Assembly (NCBI GenBank): GCA_951406725.2
Contig: OX597815.1
Coordinates: forward strand, 10,106,001 to 10,170,000
Direction of reading: 5' to 3'
Origin: Octopus vulgaris
Taxonomy: Eukaryota
Length of the DNA stretch: 64,000 bases
Positions 25,231 to 38,926 of this stretch are shown piece after piece. Both the position numbers and the translations under genes were made by a program. The stretch's first letter is position 1. Each line of letters starts with the position of its first letter. Under the pieces are notes generated by a model. The model saw only the letters and a list, made by a program, of their open reading frames with translations. It was not told the DNA's origin and made no database searches.

Positions 25231-25452
25231 TGGCGAGCTGGCAGAACCGTTAGCACGCCGGGCGAAATGCGTAGCCGTGCATTCCGTCTGCCGTTACGTT
25301 CTGAGTTCGAATTCCGCCGAGGTCGACTTTGCCTTTCATCCTTTCGGGGGTCGATAAATTAAGTACCAGTTGCGCACTGGAGTCGATACAATCGACTTAA
25401 TCCGTTTGTCTGTCCTCTCTGTGTTTAGCCCCTTGTGGGTAGTAAAGAAATA
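25231..25452 (+). mobile_element. SINE family B
   Basis: Full-length copy abutting MITE family 2. Confidence 0.85.
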
Positions 25453-25744
25453 GGTACTACTTTGAGAACGGTGGTCCCGGTACGCGCACTTGCGTAGTCG
25501 CGCATCCGCGCTAGCTAGTCATGACTAGTCGATCCTTTGTGTTTTATTTACTTTGCGTGTTTTTGTGTTTTTTTTTACTTTGTTTAACAAAAATTATTTA
25601 CTTTGTGTAAAAAAAAATTTATTTATTTTGTGTTTTATTTACTTTGCTAGGTAGTCGTTGTAGGATCGACTAGTCACGACTAGCTAGTGCGGATGCGCGA
25701 CTACGCGAGTGCGCGCACCGGGACCACTGTTCTCAAGTAGTACC
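25453..25744. mobile_element. MULE-type MITE family 2 copy
   Basis: GGTACTACTTTGAGAAC...GTTCTCAAGTAGTACC termini. Confidence 0.75.
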
Positions 25745-26119
25745 CAAAGTGTATACAATAAATACACTCCTCTCGTGTATCTATCTATACACACACGTAT
25801 ATTTAAGTCACTGGACTGTAATATCTTTTCCCATATACAAAGATAATCGACACCTGCAAAAAAAAAAAAGGGATACGTTTTTAATTAACGTACATAAATG
25901 CACATAATTCGTTCCCTTTGCGTAAATAGACATTACATGTGTAAATATGTACGTTTCATATGCATACACACACATGTCACTCGAAATTGTATATTTCACT
26001 AAGTGCTTGTACAGCAGGTCAGGCTTGTGTATACAATCGACACGTACATATTTACGCATATACATATACACCTGGTGTGGAGATGTTTTTTAACAGCTAA
26101 ATACCTGAGTAACTGTGTG

Positions 26120-26154
<35 letters not shown>

Positions 26155-26355
26155 TTCTATATTAGCCACACAGACGGAACAGATTACAAAGTAGAGCTTT
26201 TCTTTTTAGGGAGAAAAGAAAAAAAAAAGTAGGGTAGGTTTTCGATCAAAAGGGATCGTAAAAGGGGGAAAAAAAGGATAGACAAAGAAAAAGAAAAAAA
26301 ACGGGCGAGGTTGGCCCTCTACCAACACTTCAACGCCAAACACGAAGGGTGTGTG

Positions 26356-26395
<40 letters not shown>

Positions 26396-27515
26396 TATAT
26401 GTATATATGCATGTGTATAAATCGGGGCTCACTCATGGTATATTTGTCCCATTTTAGTTTCACGTAATATGAGCTAAAGGTGATAGGACAAAGTTATGTT
26501 AGGAAATGCCTCAATTTTATATTTAATTTATTATCATTTTATATTTAGTATTTTTTTTTTCATTTTGGAAAAGAGAACAATCTCTGTTTATCTTTCCCCT
26601 TTTATTCTAGTGAGGGACAATAAACGGACATTATCATAGGAATTTGACACTAGCATTTATTGGCAATATAATGATGAAAGGCAAAATCGACTTGGGGAAC
26701 CCAACATTAAAAACGATATCTAAAATAGGTAGGAAGATAATCTATTTTAAGAAATGGGAACAGGCTATTAAATCGCCTTCAGTGATTTACCTATACAAGA
26801 ATAAAAGACATTTCGGTTTTGGTATATTTCAGCTATTAAAGGGAGACAACACACTCTAAACCATATTCTATGGCATTGCCAATTCTGTTCTCCACTGTTT
26901 GTTGAAAGACTATTTGTATACACTGGAAGGTGTTTTTGAGAATTCTCTTCATTTAGTAATTTTGAGGATTTAGCACACGATGTCTCTATCTGCACTGTTG
27001 ATGTTTAGCTCCGAGTTATCCATGATGAATGGCGCCCCAGCCATAACCACCACAATGGCTTTCTTTTTCCTAGTTATCCAATAATACCCTTCTATTTCTG
27101 AAGATAGAAGGGTATTATATGAGGAAGACTTGTGTGTTATTTTTAGCCCGTTGAGCAACCCCGTAGAGGTTCCTTTGTATAATTTGTTCTTACAAACACC
27201 TCTAGGTGTTACTCATCCTGCTAGAAACAACAACCATACTTTCCACAAATCACATCTTAAAGGACATTTGATAATCATCATCGTTTCGCGTACGTTTTCC
27301 ATGGGTTGGACAGTTTGACAGGAGGTGCCTAGGCTTCAGTTGTCTGTTTTGGCATGGTTTCCATCGCTGGATGCTCTTCCTAAAGCCAACCACTTTACAA
27401 GGAGTGCTTTTTAAATGCTACTGGCTTGGGTGCTATTACGTGACACTGGCACCTGCAAAACAAAGACCAGATGTCAAATCGGGATTTCAGATTTCTTTCG
27501 GACAATCTATGAGGT

Positions 27516-27647
27516 ACCAAGTTGTTGAAGATGACGATGAACAGTTGTATGATTTGAACTAAGCTTTATTGCCAATTCTTCAACTGATAATGCAGGATTT
27601 TCTTCAAGTAATGCCTCGAGGAGCTTATCATCAAACTCAACTGGACG
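27516..27647 (-). mobile_element. mariner transposase HTH fragment
   Basis: RPVEFDDKLLEALLEENPALSVEELAIKLSSNHTTVHRHLQQLG, typical of the second mariner HTH after GRP. Confidence 0.75.
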
Positions 27648-28129
27648 TATACACACTGTCAGTAGACCAGTTACTGCAGTATTTGTCCTGAGATAAAAAT
27701 CAATCTATGAATACTTGATTTTTATTCAGCTGGGTGACTGTTCATAACATCAGTGAATCTCTTATTCACTTTTTCCTATATCAGTGTTAATGAATTCTTG
27801 TCTGAGCATGTAGCTGGTAATGAGGACATGCATGCAAATAGATCCTGAAAGGTTGAAATGCACTTGGCTGTCTCACTGGTTGCTCCTTGGGACAAAATTT
27901 TGTCTCACTTTCATATTTATTGTATTTTCAACATGATGCATCCATAAGAAATGTTATCTTTAGACAATTGCTATAGTAACTGGCCTATTGACTGTGTATA
28001 CGTTAAGTATGATGTATAGATGGCTATTTTAATTTGATATTGCCTCAGTTATGCATACCAGATATATATGCATGAAATGATGAATTTTTCTCAAATACAA
28101 GAATGTCAAATGATTTCTAAAGTGCTCTC

Positions 28130-28686
28130 ATCATCATCATCATCATCGTTTAGCGTCCGCTTTCCATGCTAGCATGGGTTGGACGGTGCAACTGGGGTCT
28201 GGGAAGCCAGAAGGCTGCACCAGGCCCAGTCTGATCTGGCAATGTTTCTACAGCTGGATGCCCTTCCTAACGCCAACCACTCCGAGAGTGTAGTGGGTGC
28301 TTTTTATGTGCCACCAGCACAAGTGCCAGGAGAGGCTGGAAAACGACCACGATCGGATGGTGCTTTTTACGTGCCACCGGCACGGAGGCCAGGTGAGGCT
28401 GGCAATGGCCACGATTGGATGGTACTTTTTACGCGCCACCGGCACAGAAGCCAGTCGGGGCGGTGCTGGCAGCGGCCACGTTCGGACGGTTATCTTATGT
28501 GCCACCGGCACTGGTATCACAGCTACAATTTCCATTGATGTTGATCGATTTTGATTTTGATTTTCACTTGCCTCAACAGGTCTTCACAAGTAGAGTTTTG
28601 TGTCCCAAGAAGGAAAGGTATGCATCAGTGGACTGAGGCCATGGGTTATGGTCTCACTTGTCCTGCCGGGTCTTCTCACGCACAGC
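28130..28686 (-). mobile_element. Family C retroposon
   Basis: Family match including the 5' region. Confidence 0.8.
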
Positions 28687-29716
28687 TCTATTGATTTTAA
28701 ATGATATGTAATAATAAAATAACATTATTTATTCAGAAGTGCAGCAGTGGCTGTGTGGTGAGTAGCTTGCTGCCCTCCCACCACATGGTTCTGGGTTCAG
28801 TCCCACTGCATGGCACCTTGTACCAAAATTTTTACAGAGTGGTTGGCATTAGGAAGGGCATCCAGCTGTAGAAACACTGCCAAATCAGACCAGAGCCTGG
28901 TGCAGCCTCCTGGCTTCCCAGACCCTGGTCAAACCGTCCAACCTGTGCTAGCACGGAAAATGGACATTAAACGATGATGATGAGGATGATGATGATGATG
29001 ATGATGAAGTTGAGCTCATCAAGATAGGTTGTATTTGCATCAGCATGTGGAGTTCACTTCCCTATGCAATTGATTCAGAACCCTTTTTGCATATTTTGGG
29101 GTTTGTCTAACCTTTACAGCCGATCTGATGAGTCTCCGGGTAGAAACAGGGTTAAGCTACCATAGAAGCTGTCATCATCATATAAGCTACTGCCCGTGAA
29201 GGGTCTTGGGCTACTGCTGATTCTCTTTCATTGGCTAGATTGGTGGGAGGAGCATCAACTGATCTCTGCGGACACAGTCAGTTCATTATTTACGCAAACA
29301 ACTTAATTTTAATCCTACAGATGTGATATGGTGATAAAGAATTAGCCATTGACATTTTCAACACTGAATAATTCAAAGTTATGGATTCTTTCAAGTGGTT
29401 CATAAATAGGAATTTTATTGTGCTACTAAATTTCTTAGGACTAATATACATATTAGAAATAAGAAATATCTCTTATCTCATTACTTGTTTCAGTCATTTG
29501 ACTGTGACCATGCTGGGGCACTGCCTGAAAGGGTTTAGTCAAACAAATTGATCCCAGTACTATTATTTTTAAATGATGATGATGATAATGATGATATATA
29601 TATATATCTATCAATCTATCTATCTTTCTATCAATCAATCAGTCTATCCATCCATCCATCTGTCTATCTATCTATACACACACACACACCAACACACACA
29701 TACATCTATGTAAATA

Positions 29717-29783
<67 letters not shown>

Positions 29784-30016
29784 TCTCGTGGATGCAAAGT
29801 ACCAGCCAGACCTAGGGTGACATGGTTGTGGAACAGTGTAATTGAGTTGGACGATTTTGACTGAGGGCTGGTGAACCAGATGGTTGCATCAGGCTCCAAT
29901 CTTGATCTGGCAGTGTTTGTACAGCTGGATGCCCTTCCTAACACCAACCACTCCGAGAGTGTAGTGGATGCTTTAACATGCCACCGGCACAGGGGCCAGT
30001 CAGGCAGTACTGACAA

Positions 30017-30080
<64 letters not shown>

Positions 30081-30670
30081 ACTGTTATTATATTGGGGAG
30101 GCTCATTTATTTTTTTTGCCAAATAATCACACTATATTATTACTGTTCTTATTTTAATATCCTTCCACATCAGGAATCTTGCAAAACAGGTACATCGATG
30201 TGTATGTGTGTTTATATATATATATATATATAAGACATGTTGAGGCAAGTGAAATCAAAATCAAATTCGATGACTGGCATCCATGCCAGCGGGGCACAAA
30301 GAGAACCATACGAGCATGATCGTTAACAGAGCAGCTAACTGGCTTCCATGCCAGTGGCACATAAAAGGCACCATTCATGTGTGATCATTACCAGCGTCAC
30401 CTTACTGGCACCTTTGCTGGTGGCACGTGTAAAAACATTCAAGCGAGGTCATTGCCAGTACTCCCTGACTGGCCCCCGTGCCAGTGGCACGTAAAAGCAC
30501 CCACTACACTCTTGGAGTGGTTGGCATCCAGCTGTAGAAACTCTACCATATCAAGATTGGAGCCTGGTGCAGCCATCTGGTTCGCCAGCCCTCAGTCAAA
30601 ATCGTCCAACCCAATTACACTGTTCCACCACCATGTCACCCTAGGTCTGGTTGGTACTTTGCATCCAAGA

Positions 30671-30720
<50 letters not shown>

Positions 30721-30723
<3 letters not shown>

Positions 30724-30880
30724 AGTGGCTGTGTGGTAGGTAGCTTGCTAACCAACCACATGGTTCCGGGTTCAGTCCCACTGCATGGCATCTTGGGCAA
30801 GTGTCTTCTACTATAGCGCCGGGCCGACCAATGCCTTGTGAGTGGATTTGGTAGATGGAAACTGAAAGAAGCCTGTCGTA

Positions 30881-30921
<41 letters not shown>

Positions 30922-31118
30922 GTGTGTATGTGTATTTGTGTCTGCTTGACAACCGATGCTGGTGTGTTTACGTCCTCGTCACTTAGCGGTTCGGCAAAAG
31001 AGACCGATAGAATAAGTACTGGGCTTACAAAGAATAAGTCCCGGGGTCGATTTGCACGACTAAAGGCGGTGCTCCAGCATGGCCGCAGTCAAATGACTGA
31101 AACAAGTAAAAAAGAATA
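30721..31118 (+). mobile_element. SINE family A
   Basis: Near full-length copy. Confidence 0.85.
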
Positions 31119-31247
31119 GATATTTACATAGATGTATGTGTGTGTATAGATAGAGAGATGGATGGACGGATGGACGGACAAAGGAAGACAAGCTAAGAAC
31201 AGTTTTATTGCTTATGAATAGCCTAGAGAATTCAAGATATCTAGAAA

Positions 31248-31544
31248 TCTTTATATATAAAAGTGAAGTTGTGTGTCTGTCTCCTACGATTTAGATTCCT
31301 AACTACTCCCACATTTTGCGGTGCAGTTTAACCAAAACCGGGTATCTTATAGTCATGATTCATATCGAGCCCTTCTGGGTATTAGCGCGCGTCTATGATG
31401 AGTCAACGATTTAAAAAAAAATTTACCATAATCTTTTTTCCATTTTTAATGCTTTTTTTTGCTATTTTTTGGCTATAACTCTCTAAAAATGCTTATATAG
31501 TTATTTCCCTTACAAACCCGAGCAACGCCGGGCGATACTGCTAG
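31248..31544 (+). mobile_element. Non-autonomous Helitron
   Basis: A|TC 5' end; 3' hairpin CCCG-agcaacgc-CGGG, then CTAG|T; no TSD. Confidence 0.85.
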
Positions 31545-32174
31545 TTAATTATAAATATCTATATGTATATGTAAGAGTATACTCAAGAATTTACCAGTTT
31601 TGAAATATATGGCCAAAACCCTGCAATCAGTGCACCACCCTCAAACTCGGCCTCAGAGCCCACCACTGTGGAGTCAGGTAATACCTAGTCAATGACGTTA
31701 TTTGGTTCGCTTGAAATAGCGACCAAATCTCCCTCAGATCACAACCACCTTACATCTTAAAAAATCAGTACACATTCGATCATATATTCCTAGATATCCT
31801 ATGTTCGAACATTAAATGAGGTAGTCACGTCAAAAGCTTTTTATCTAAAGCCTTATGGATTAGAACACGTCACTTTCTGGAGATATAATACATGGGAGCT
31901 AACTGTGCAGTATGTTCAAGTTATCTCCCGTTATTTCAGCTAATCGTCGCACCTACCTACCTACATAATGCTTAAATATTTGACGTGAAAATCATGGTGA
32001 AAGCTTTTACTCACCGTAATGATAAATCCAGGATATATCTGGAATGGATAATGTCCTTTTAAGCAATAATAACATGGGCGCTAACACACTTTATCTCTCC
32101 ATATTGCAGTCAACTAGTCGTGGTGCACCTGAGCACTGTATACAATAATTTCATTATTATTATCATTATTATTA

Positions 32175-32403
32175 AATTCTTTATTGCCCACAAGGGGCTA
32201 AACACAGAGGGGACGAACAAGGGCAGACAAAGGGATTAAGTCGATTATATCGACCTCAGTGCGTAACTGGTACTTATTTAATCGACCCCGAAAGGATGAA
32301 AGGCAAAGTCGACCTCGGCAGAATTTGAACCCAGAACGTAACGGCAGACGAAATACCGCTCAGCATTTCGCCCGTCGTCCTAACGTTTCTGCCAGCGCTC
32401 CAC
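32175..32403 (-). mobile_element. SINE family B
   Basis: Reverse copy, head-to-head with the 32576 array. Confidence 0.8.
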
Positions 32404-32575
32404 CTTCGTGTGGCCTATGCACATCGTCGCTCGGTCGGCTGAAAGCGGCACCCAAATCTCCCTTATATCGCACTTTATTGTTTTGGAGAAGGAAGTTGAC
32501 ATTTCATAATGTAACCCAAAAATAGACCGTCTGAAAAAGCGACAATATGGTAGTGCTGTCGGTATTAAGTCTCCC

Positions 32576-33355
32576 GGCGAGCTGGCAGAAACATTAACAC
32601 GCCGGGTGAAATGTTTAGCGGTATTTCGTCTGTCGCTACGTTCTGAGTTCAAATTCCGCCGAGGTCGACTTTGCCTTTCATCCTTTCGGGGTCGATAAAT
32701 TAAGTACCAGTTACGCACTGGGGTTGATATAATCGACTTAATCCATTTGTCTGTCCTTGTTTGTCCCCTCTGTGTTTAGCCCCTTGTGGGTAATAAAGAA
32801 ATAGGTATTTCGTCTGTCGTTACGTTCTGAGTTCAAATTCCGCCGAGGCCGACTTTGCCTTTCATCCTTTCGGGGTCGATAAATTAAGTACCAGTTACGC
32901 ACTGGGGTCGATGTAATCGATTTAATCCGTTTGTCTATCCTTGTTTGTCCTCTCTGTGTTTAGCCCCTTGTGGGTAGTAAAGAAATAGGTATTTCGTCTG
33001 TCGTTACGTTCTGAGTTCAAATTCCGCCGAGGCCGACTTTGCCTTTCATCCTTTCGGGGTCGATAAATTAAGTACCAGTTACGCACTGGGGTCGATGTAA
33101 TCGATTTAATCCGTTTGTCTATCCTTGTTTGTCCTCTCTGTGTTTAGCCCCTTGTGGGTAGTAAAGAAATAGGTATTTCGTCTGTCGTTACGTTCTGAGT
33201 TCAAATTCCGCCGAGGCCGACTTTGCCTTTCATCCTTTCGGGGTCGATAAATTAAGTACCAGTTACGCACTGGGGTCGACGTAATCGATTTAATCCGTTT
33301 GTCTATCCTTGTTTGTCCTCTCTGTGTTTAGCTCCTTGTGGGTAATAAAGAAATA
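32576..33355 (+). mobile_element. SINE family B concatemer (one head, four ~185-bp bodies)
   Basis: GGCGAGCTGGCAGAAAC head; 14-bp TSD GGTATTAAGTCTCC flanks the whole array. Confidence 0.88.
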
Positions 33356-33654
33356 GGTATTAAGTCTCCTGCCAAAACCGAATTACAGAAAACACAGTTG
33401 TATATTATAAAGTAGTCGCTATAGTTGTTTGCACAGCGTTCAAAAGTGAAGATTGATTTGAGGTTTTTAAAAGAATGACATCAATAAGTTTTATAGAAAA
33501 TACGCCTTCTGCATCTGAAGAAAACGTAAAATTTCTTTAAGCCAAAACACTGGCTTCACCTTATTTTGGAAAAAGGAATTAAATTATCAGTCATATTCTG
33601 TTTGGTATTTTAAAATTAAGTTAATCTGAATATGAGAATTAAATAATAAATCAC

Positions 33655-34041
33655 GAGTGGCTGTGTGGTAAGTAGCTTGCTAACCAACCACATGGGTCTG
33701 GGTTCAGTCCCACTGCATGGCATCTTGGGCAAGTGCCTTCTGCTATAGCCCCGGGCCGACCAATGCCTTGTGAGTGGATTTGGTACACGGAAACTGAAAG
33801 AAGCCTGTCGTATATATGTATATATATATATATGTGTATGTGTGTGTGTCTGTGTTTGTCCCCCTAGCATTGCTTGACAACCGATGCTGGTGTGTTTATG
33901 TCCCTGTTACTTAGCGGTTCGGCAAAAGAGACCGATAGAATAAGTACTGGGCTTACAAAAGAATAAGTCCCGGGGTCGATTTGATCGACTAAAGGTGGTG
34001 CTCCAGCATGGCTACAGTCAAATGACTGAAACAAGTAAAAA
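33655..34041 (+). mobile_element. SINE family A
   Basis: Near full-length copy. Confidence 0.85.
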
Positions 34042-34698
34042 GAAAAAAAAGAAGAAAAAAAAAAAAAATATATATATGTATAGATATATGTATATATATA
34101 TATTTATTTATCATCATCATCATCATCATCGTTTAACGTCCGTCTTCTATGCTAGCATGGGTTGGACGATTTGACGGAAGTCTGGTGAACCAGTTGGCTG
34201 CACCAGGCTCCAGTCTTGATCTGAAAGAGTTTCTACAGCTGGATGCCCTTCCTAACACCAACCACTCCGAGAGTGTAGTGGTTGCTTTTACGTACCACCA
34301 GCATGAGGGCCAGACCGGCGATACTGGCAACAGCCATGCTCAAATGATGCCTTTTATGTGTGACCTGCACAGTACAGAATGTTTTCACCTCAATAGACGT
34401 CATTGATTGGTTGAAATTGCAGAAATTGAAGAAAAAAACAACAAATATCTTACAAACCATAGAATTTTCTCCATAAAGCCAAGAGAAAAAGATGTTTTAT
34501 AAACACATTCTACCAGTATACGAAGTTTAAAAGTGCTTAGTTACGTGCAAATTATTAAAAAAAACTGCCGTTCAAACCAAAAAGGATCCACTTTATTTTA
34601 TATAACAATTTTCAATTTCTCATTATCTAACAGGAAATAAGATTTTTTTTTAAACATTTGAAGATTAGAAACTGTGACAGTCTAAAATATTTATCAAA

Positions 34699-35092
34699 CT
34701 GTGTGGTAAGTAGCTTGCTTACCAACCACATGGTTCCGGGTTCAGTCCCACTGCGTGGCACCTTGGGCAAGTGTCTTCTACTATAGCCTCGGGCCGACCA
34801 AAGCCTTGTGAGTGGATTTGGTAGACGGAAACTGAAAGAAGCCTGTCGTATATATGTATGTATATATATGTGTGTGTGTGTATATGTTTGTGTGTCTGTG
34901 TTTGTCCCCCTAGCATTGCTTGACAACCGATGCTGGTGTGTTTACGTCCCCGTTACTTAGCGGTTCGGCAAAAGAGACCGATAGAATAAGTAGTACTGGG
35001 CTTACGAAAGAATAAGTCCCGGGGGTCGAGTTGCTCGATTAAAGGCGGTGCTCCAGCATGGCCGCAGTAAAAAATGACTGAAACAAGGAAAA
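34699..35092 (+). mobile_element. SINE family A, ~350 bp upstream of the PLD6 ATG
   Basis: Near full-length copy. Confidence 0.85.
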
Positions 35093-35443
35093 ATAAAAAA
35101 AAAAAAAAAAAAGAAACTGCGTATTTTTTAATCCCGGATTATTTCAATCCCGGTGCTTTATAAGATAAGCGACAGTTTCTAGTTCGCACCGCCTGGTTAG
35201 TCACGAAGGAGTGTTTGGTGTCCTCGTGTGAAGCCGATTCCTCAGACGATGGCTAATTCGATTCTGGTCATAACACGGTGAAGTGAAGTGAAGCTATGGA
35301 TTAATCAACCATGACGACACGCACGTGTTAAGCTAATTGGACACACTCACAAATGCTTTTCTATATCCACATGAACTATTCACACTCATTCCTTCCTGGT
35401 CACATGTAACTTAAAAAAGCAATCCAACCGTGACATTGCCATC

Positions 35444-35903
35444 ATGTTGCCATCGAAAATTATCCCGTCACTCGTTTCCTTTATGGTGGGGTTAATATCA
35501 TCTGGTTTGGTCATCGGAACCGTTTACAAACTCTACGGTTACGGAGTGAAGAAGCTGCGAAAGGGCCGCCGGGGCGACGAGGGTTCTGAAGATGAAGATG
35601 AGATTTTCACAGAAGTTCTCATGTTCCCCGATAAACACATTGCGTGCAAGAACAACTTTCTACTGGAATCTGGTTGTGTTCGCTCCGACTGTTCTCTGTC
35701 CCATTACAAAACTTCCTTAAGTGAAATCTACCGACGTCTGTGTGCAGCCAAAAAATATATCTGTGTCTGTGTTTTCCACATAACTTACAAGGATCTTGTA
35801 GATATTTTAATTGCCATGAACAAGAAAGGTGTCTGTATTCAGGTGATAACTGATGATGAGAAAACTGACAGTGAATCTCAGGTAGACCGACTTAGAGCGC
35901 ACA
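35444..35903 (+). CDS. PLD6: PLD6/Zucchini (mitochondrial cardiolipin hydrolase / piRNA endonuclease), coding exon 1
   Basis: ATG at 35444. N-terminal hydrophobic anchor (LVSFMVGLISSGLVIGTVY) followed by basic residues; EVLMFPD; C-x9-C-x4-C-x3-H finger; then AKKYICVCVFHIT..LVDILI..GVCIQVITD, typical of the Zuc/Nuc PLD fold. The exon ends at a phase-1 donor CACA|GTAAGT (intron starts 35904). Confidence 0.93.
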
Positions 35904-38228
35904 GTAAGTACACCTACAATTATCTTTATTTTATTATGGTGTAATAGAATTTTCTGTCCCAATTATTACCCTAAATATTCGTGACTAGGTTTCCAGTTTA
36001 GCATTAAACCACTTATGCTCCGAAGAAAAGCATGAACACCACATCTTCCTATACTCTACATCTGCCAAAATCGTCTCCAGATTTTCAAAAAAGTTGCTAT
36101 TAACTCATCAGGTGACTTTGGCGTTTTTGTTTAGCCCTAGGTCAACACTAATCCAGTTGGCAATCAACTAAGCAGTTCCAACCGTGACCATTCCGTCTTT
36201 TTATTGTATATTTTAGACTACATAGCTCAATGCAGCTTCCCTTTTCTAAGAGGGTAGGGTGTAGTAATTTAAGGGAGATTTGGCTTGAGCCACTACATGG
36301 TCGCACAACCCTTTAAAAAATAGCTAGTAGCCAGTTATTCTTTTAATTACACCCGTCCTCCTTTTAAAGGGAAGGTCAGACCGGATAATGTCCTAGATAT
36401 ACTGCGGGAAAGGGATACTCATACTTGAAATACTTAGGTTAGAGCTTATGGATGGCTTATCAACAGCCAATGTATAAGGCTACCCCGTCGGCTTGATGAT
36501 GCTGAAACATAGCATATATGAAGCGATTAAGATTATCGAACCAACCACCCACGCCATCCAAAATGAGATCGCTATTTACTGTATCTATATACACCTATCC
36601 CCGTACTTAATTACTTTTCGTTTTACCTCGTTCTACGTCGTCTCTTTCCTCTGAGTTCTATTCTTAATTATTTTTCCCACCATTTCTATTCTTTGTTGTT
36701 CATGAAATCCCCTATATTTTCTTCGACCCCCTTCTTTACATAATAAATACGGCCTATCTATCCCCCTACTTCAGCTGTATTGATTTTATATCATTGAAGG
36801 CTTTGCAAAAAATAGCATTTATTGATTTGTTGACATTGTCCTTCTAGATATATCGATTTACTTGTCCCGTATGACCTTTTGACCTTTCAGCTAGTAAATT
36901 CAACTAAAAATAGCTCAAAGAATTTATTGGTTTAAAACGAATGGATTTTCATGTTCAGTCTCAAATAAATAGCAAAAAAAATACGTTCCCCCGAACTTGA
37001 ACAATTTGCTCCGAGTGATAAATTTTACGATCGCATTATAATATTGCAACCACCCACGACCGTTTTCTAATTCTGTTGTCGATTGATACAGCAGGAAAGC
37101 ATCGATCTGGTTCTCGGTCATCCAGTATTATGACTATTTACCTGGAGACTGGCTGCATCTTTCTCCGTCCCCCTCTTACTCACACTCTTTCTCTATCACC
37201 CCCGCCTCCACACTCTTTCTGTTCCACCTTATCTCTTTTCCTCACAATATCTAAACATGGCCTAAAAAGTGATTTCAAATGTTGTCGTTAAGCCCCAGGT
37301 CAGCCCCTATGCAGCATACCTATTTCTTTACTACCCACAAGGGGCCAAACACAGAGGGGACAGACAAGCGGATTAAGTCGATTATATCGACCCCCAGTGT
37401 GCAACTGGTACTTATTTAATCGACCCCGAAAGGATGAAAGGCAAAGTCGACCTCGGCGGAATTTGAACTCAGAACGTAGCGTCTGCCGCTACGTTCTGAG
37501 TTCAAATTCCCCCGAGGTCGACTTTGCCTTTCATCCTTTCGGGGTCGATTGCAGCATACCTCTAATCAAAAGCATTCCATCCGTAACCATCCCGTAACCA
37601 TCCCGTAACCATCCATCGAGACCATATCTTACAGGTCCTTTTCTAAGATAGTGGTGTGTGTTATCTGGTAATGATTTAACTGCTATTTTTAGCAGTTCGT
37701 GCGAGCTGCTAGACATAACACTGGTTTGTTTCAATCTTGTTTGGACTGTGCTGTATAAATATTATTTACAGTTGGGATCTTCGTCAGTTTCCGTATGCCC
37801 TTCGATTTATGTAACAGAAATAATTAGTAAATGTCTCATTGGCGGAAGTTTAATGAGCGAAGTGAAACCGTTTCAGAAGAGCGTTTTTTGTTAGTTTTCG
37901 TAATTTTATTCGAAAAGTTTCTGTTGTAATTTTCATCCTCATCATCACCAGTCTGCTTTCCATGCTGGCATGTGTTGGACGGTTTGATAGGAGTTGGCAG
38001 GTCAGAGGATTGCACTAAGGCCTATTGTCTACTTTGGCATGGTTTCTATGACTGGATGAACTTCCTAATGCCGACCACTTTTCAGAGTATACTGAGTGTG
38101 GCACCAGCACCAGTGGGGGTCACTGAGTAACTTACAAAACAAAGACCCCTTGAGGAGTAGTGGTGATGGAGGTGGTTTTGTCCTAGTTGGCTAAGTCCTA
38201 GTTGGCTAAAGTATAATAGAGAGATAGA

Positions 38229-38460
38229 AGGCGGCGAGCTGGCAGAAACGTTAGCGCGCCGGGCGAAATGCTAAGCGGTATTTCGTCAGTCGTTACGTTC
38301 TGAGTTCAAATTCCGCCGAGGTCGACTCTGCCTATCATCCTTTCGGGGTCAATTAAATAAGTACCAGTTACGCACTGGGGTCGATATAATCGACTTAATC
38401 CGTTTGTCTGTCCTTGTTTGTCCCCTCTATGTTTAGCCCCTTGTGGGTAGTAAAGAAATA
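38229..38460 (+). mobile_element. SINE family B
   Basis: TSD approximately TATAATAGAG(A/G)GATAGA. Confidence 0.85.
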
Positions 38461-38889
38461 TATAATAGAGGGATAGAGAGAGGTGTCTTGCTGTACAGGT
38501 GTTATATGGCTACCTAGGTTGGAATAGAAGAGAGAGAGAGAGAGAGTTTGTGGTGGAGATGTGTTGAGAAATATCTTCTAGGTACAGTGTGGGTGGTGAA
38601 TACAAGTGGTTTACAAAGGAGTGGACAAGGCGAGTAGGCATATGTGATGGTGAGAAATATTGGAGTGGGTTAGGGTAGGGGGAGGTGTTGGCAGCCTGTG
38701 GGCGGCATGACTTTCTGAATTGCACATTTAATGAAAATATTACCTTGAAGCAGTTGTAACAGGGATGAAAGATCTGTAACACTTGAGGGGTGCAGGTCTC
38801 ATCCCGTTACATTAAATTATTTGTCGAAGGAAAAGCAAGACTTCGAATATCTTCAATAACATAAATATTTTATTTTTCTGGATTCGCAA

Positions 38890-38926
<37 letters not shown>

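Noticed and set aside
35904-35944. Single-exon 166-aa ORF end
   Set aside because: Read-through into the intron; the true frame splices to the HKD exon at 44679.
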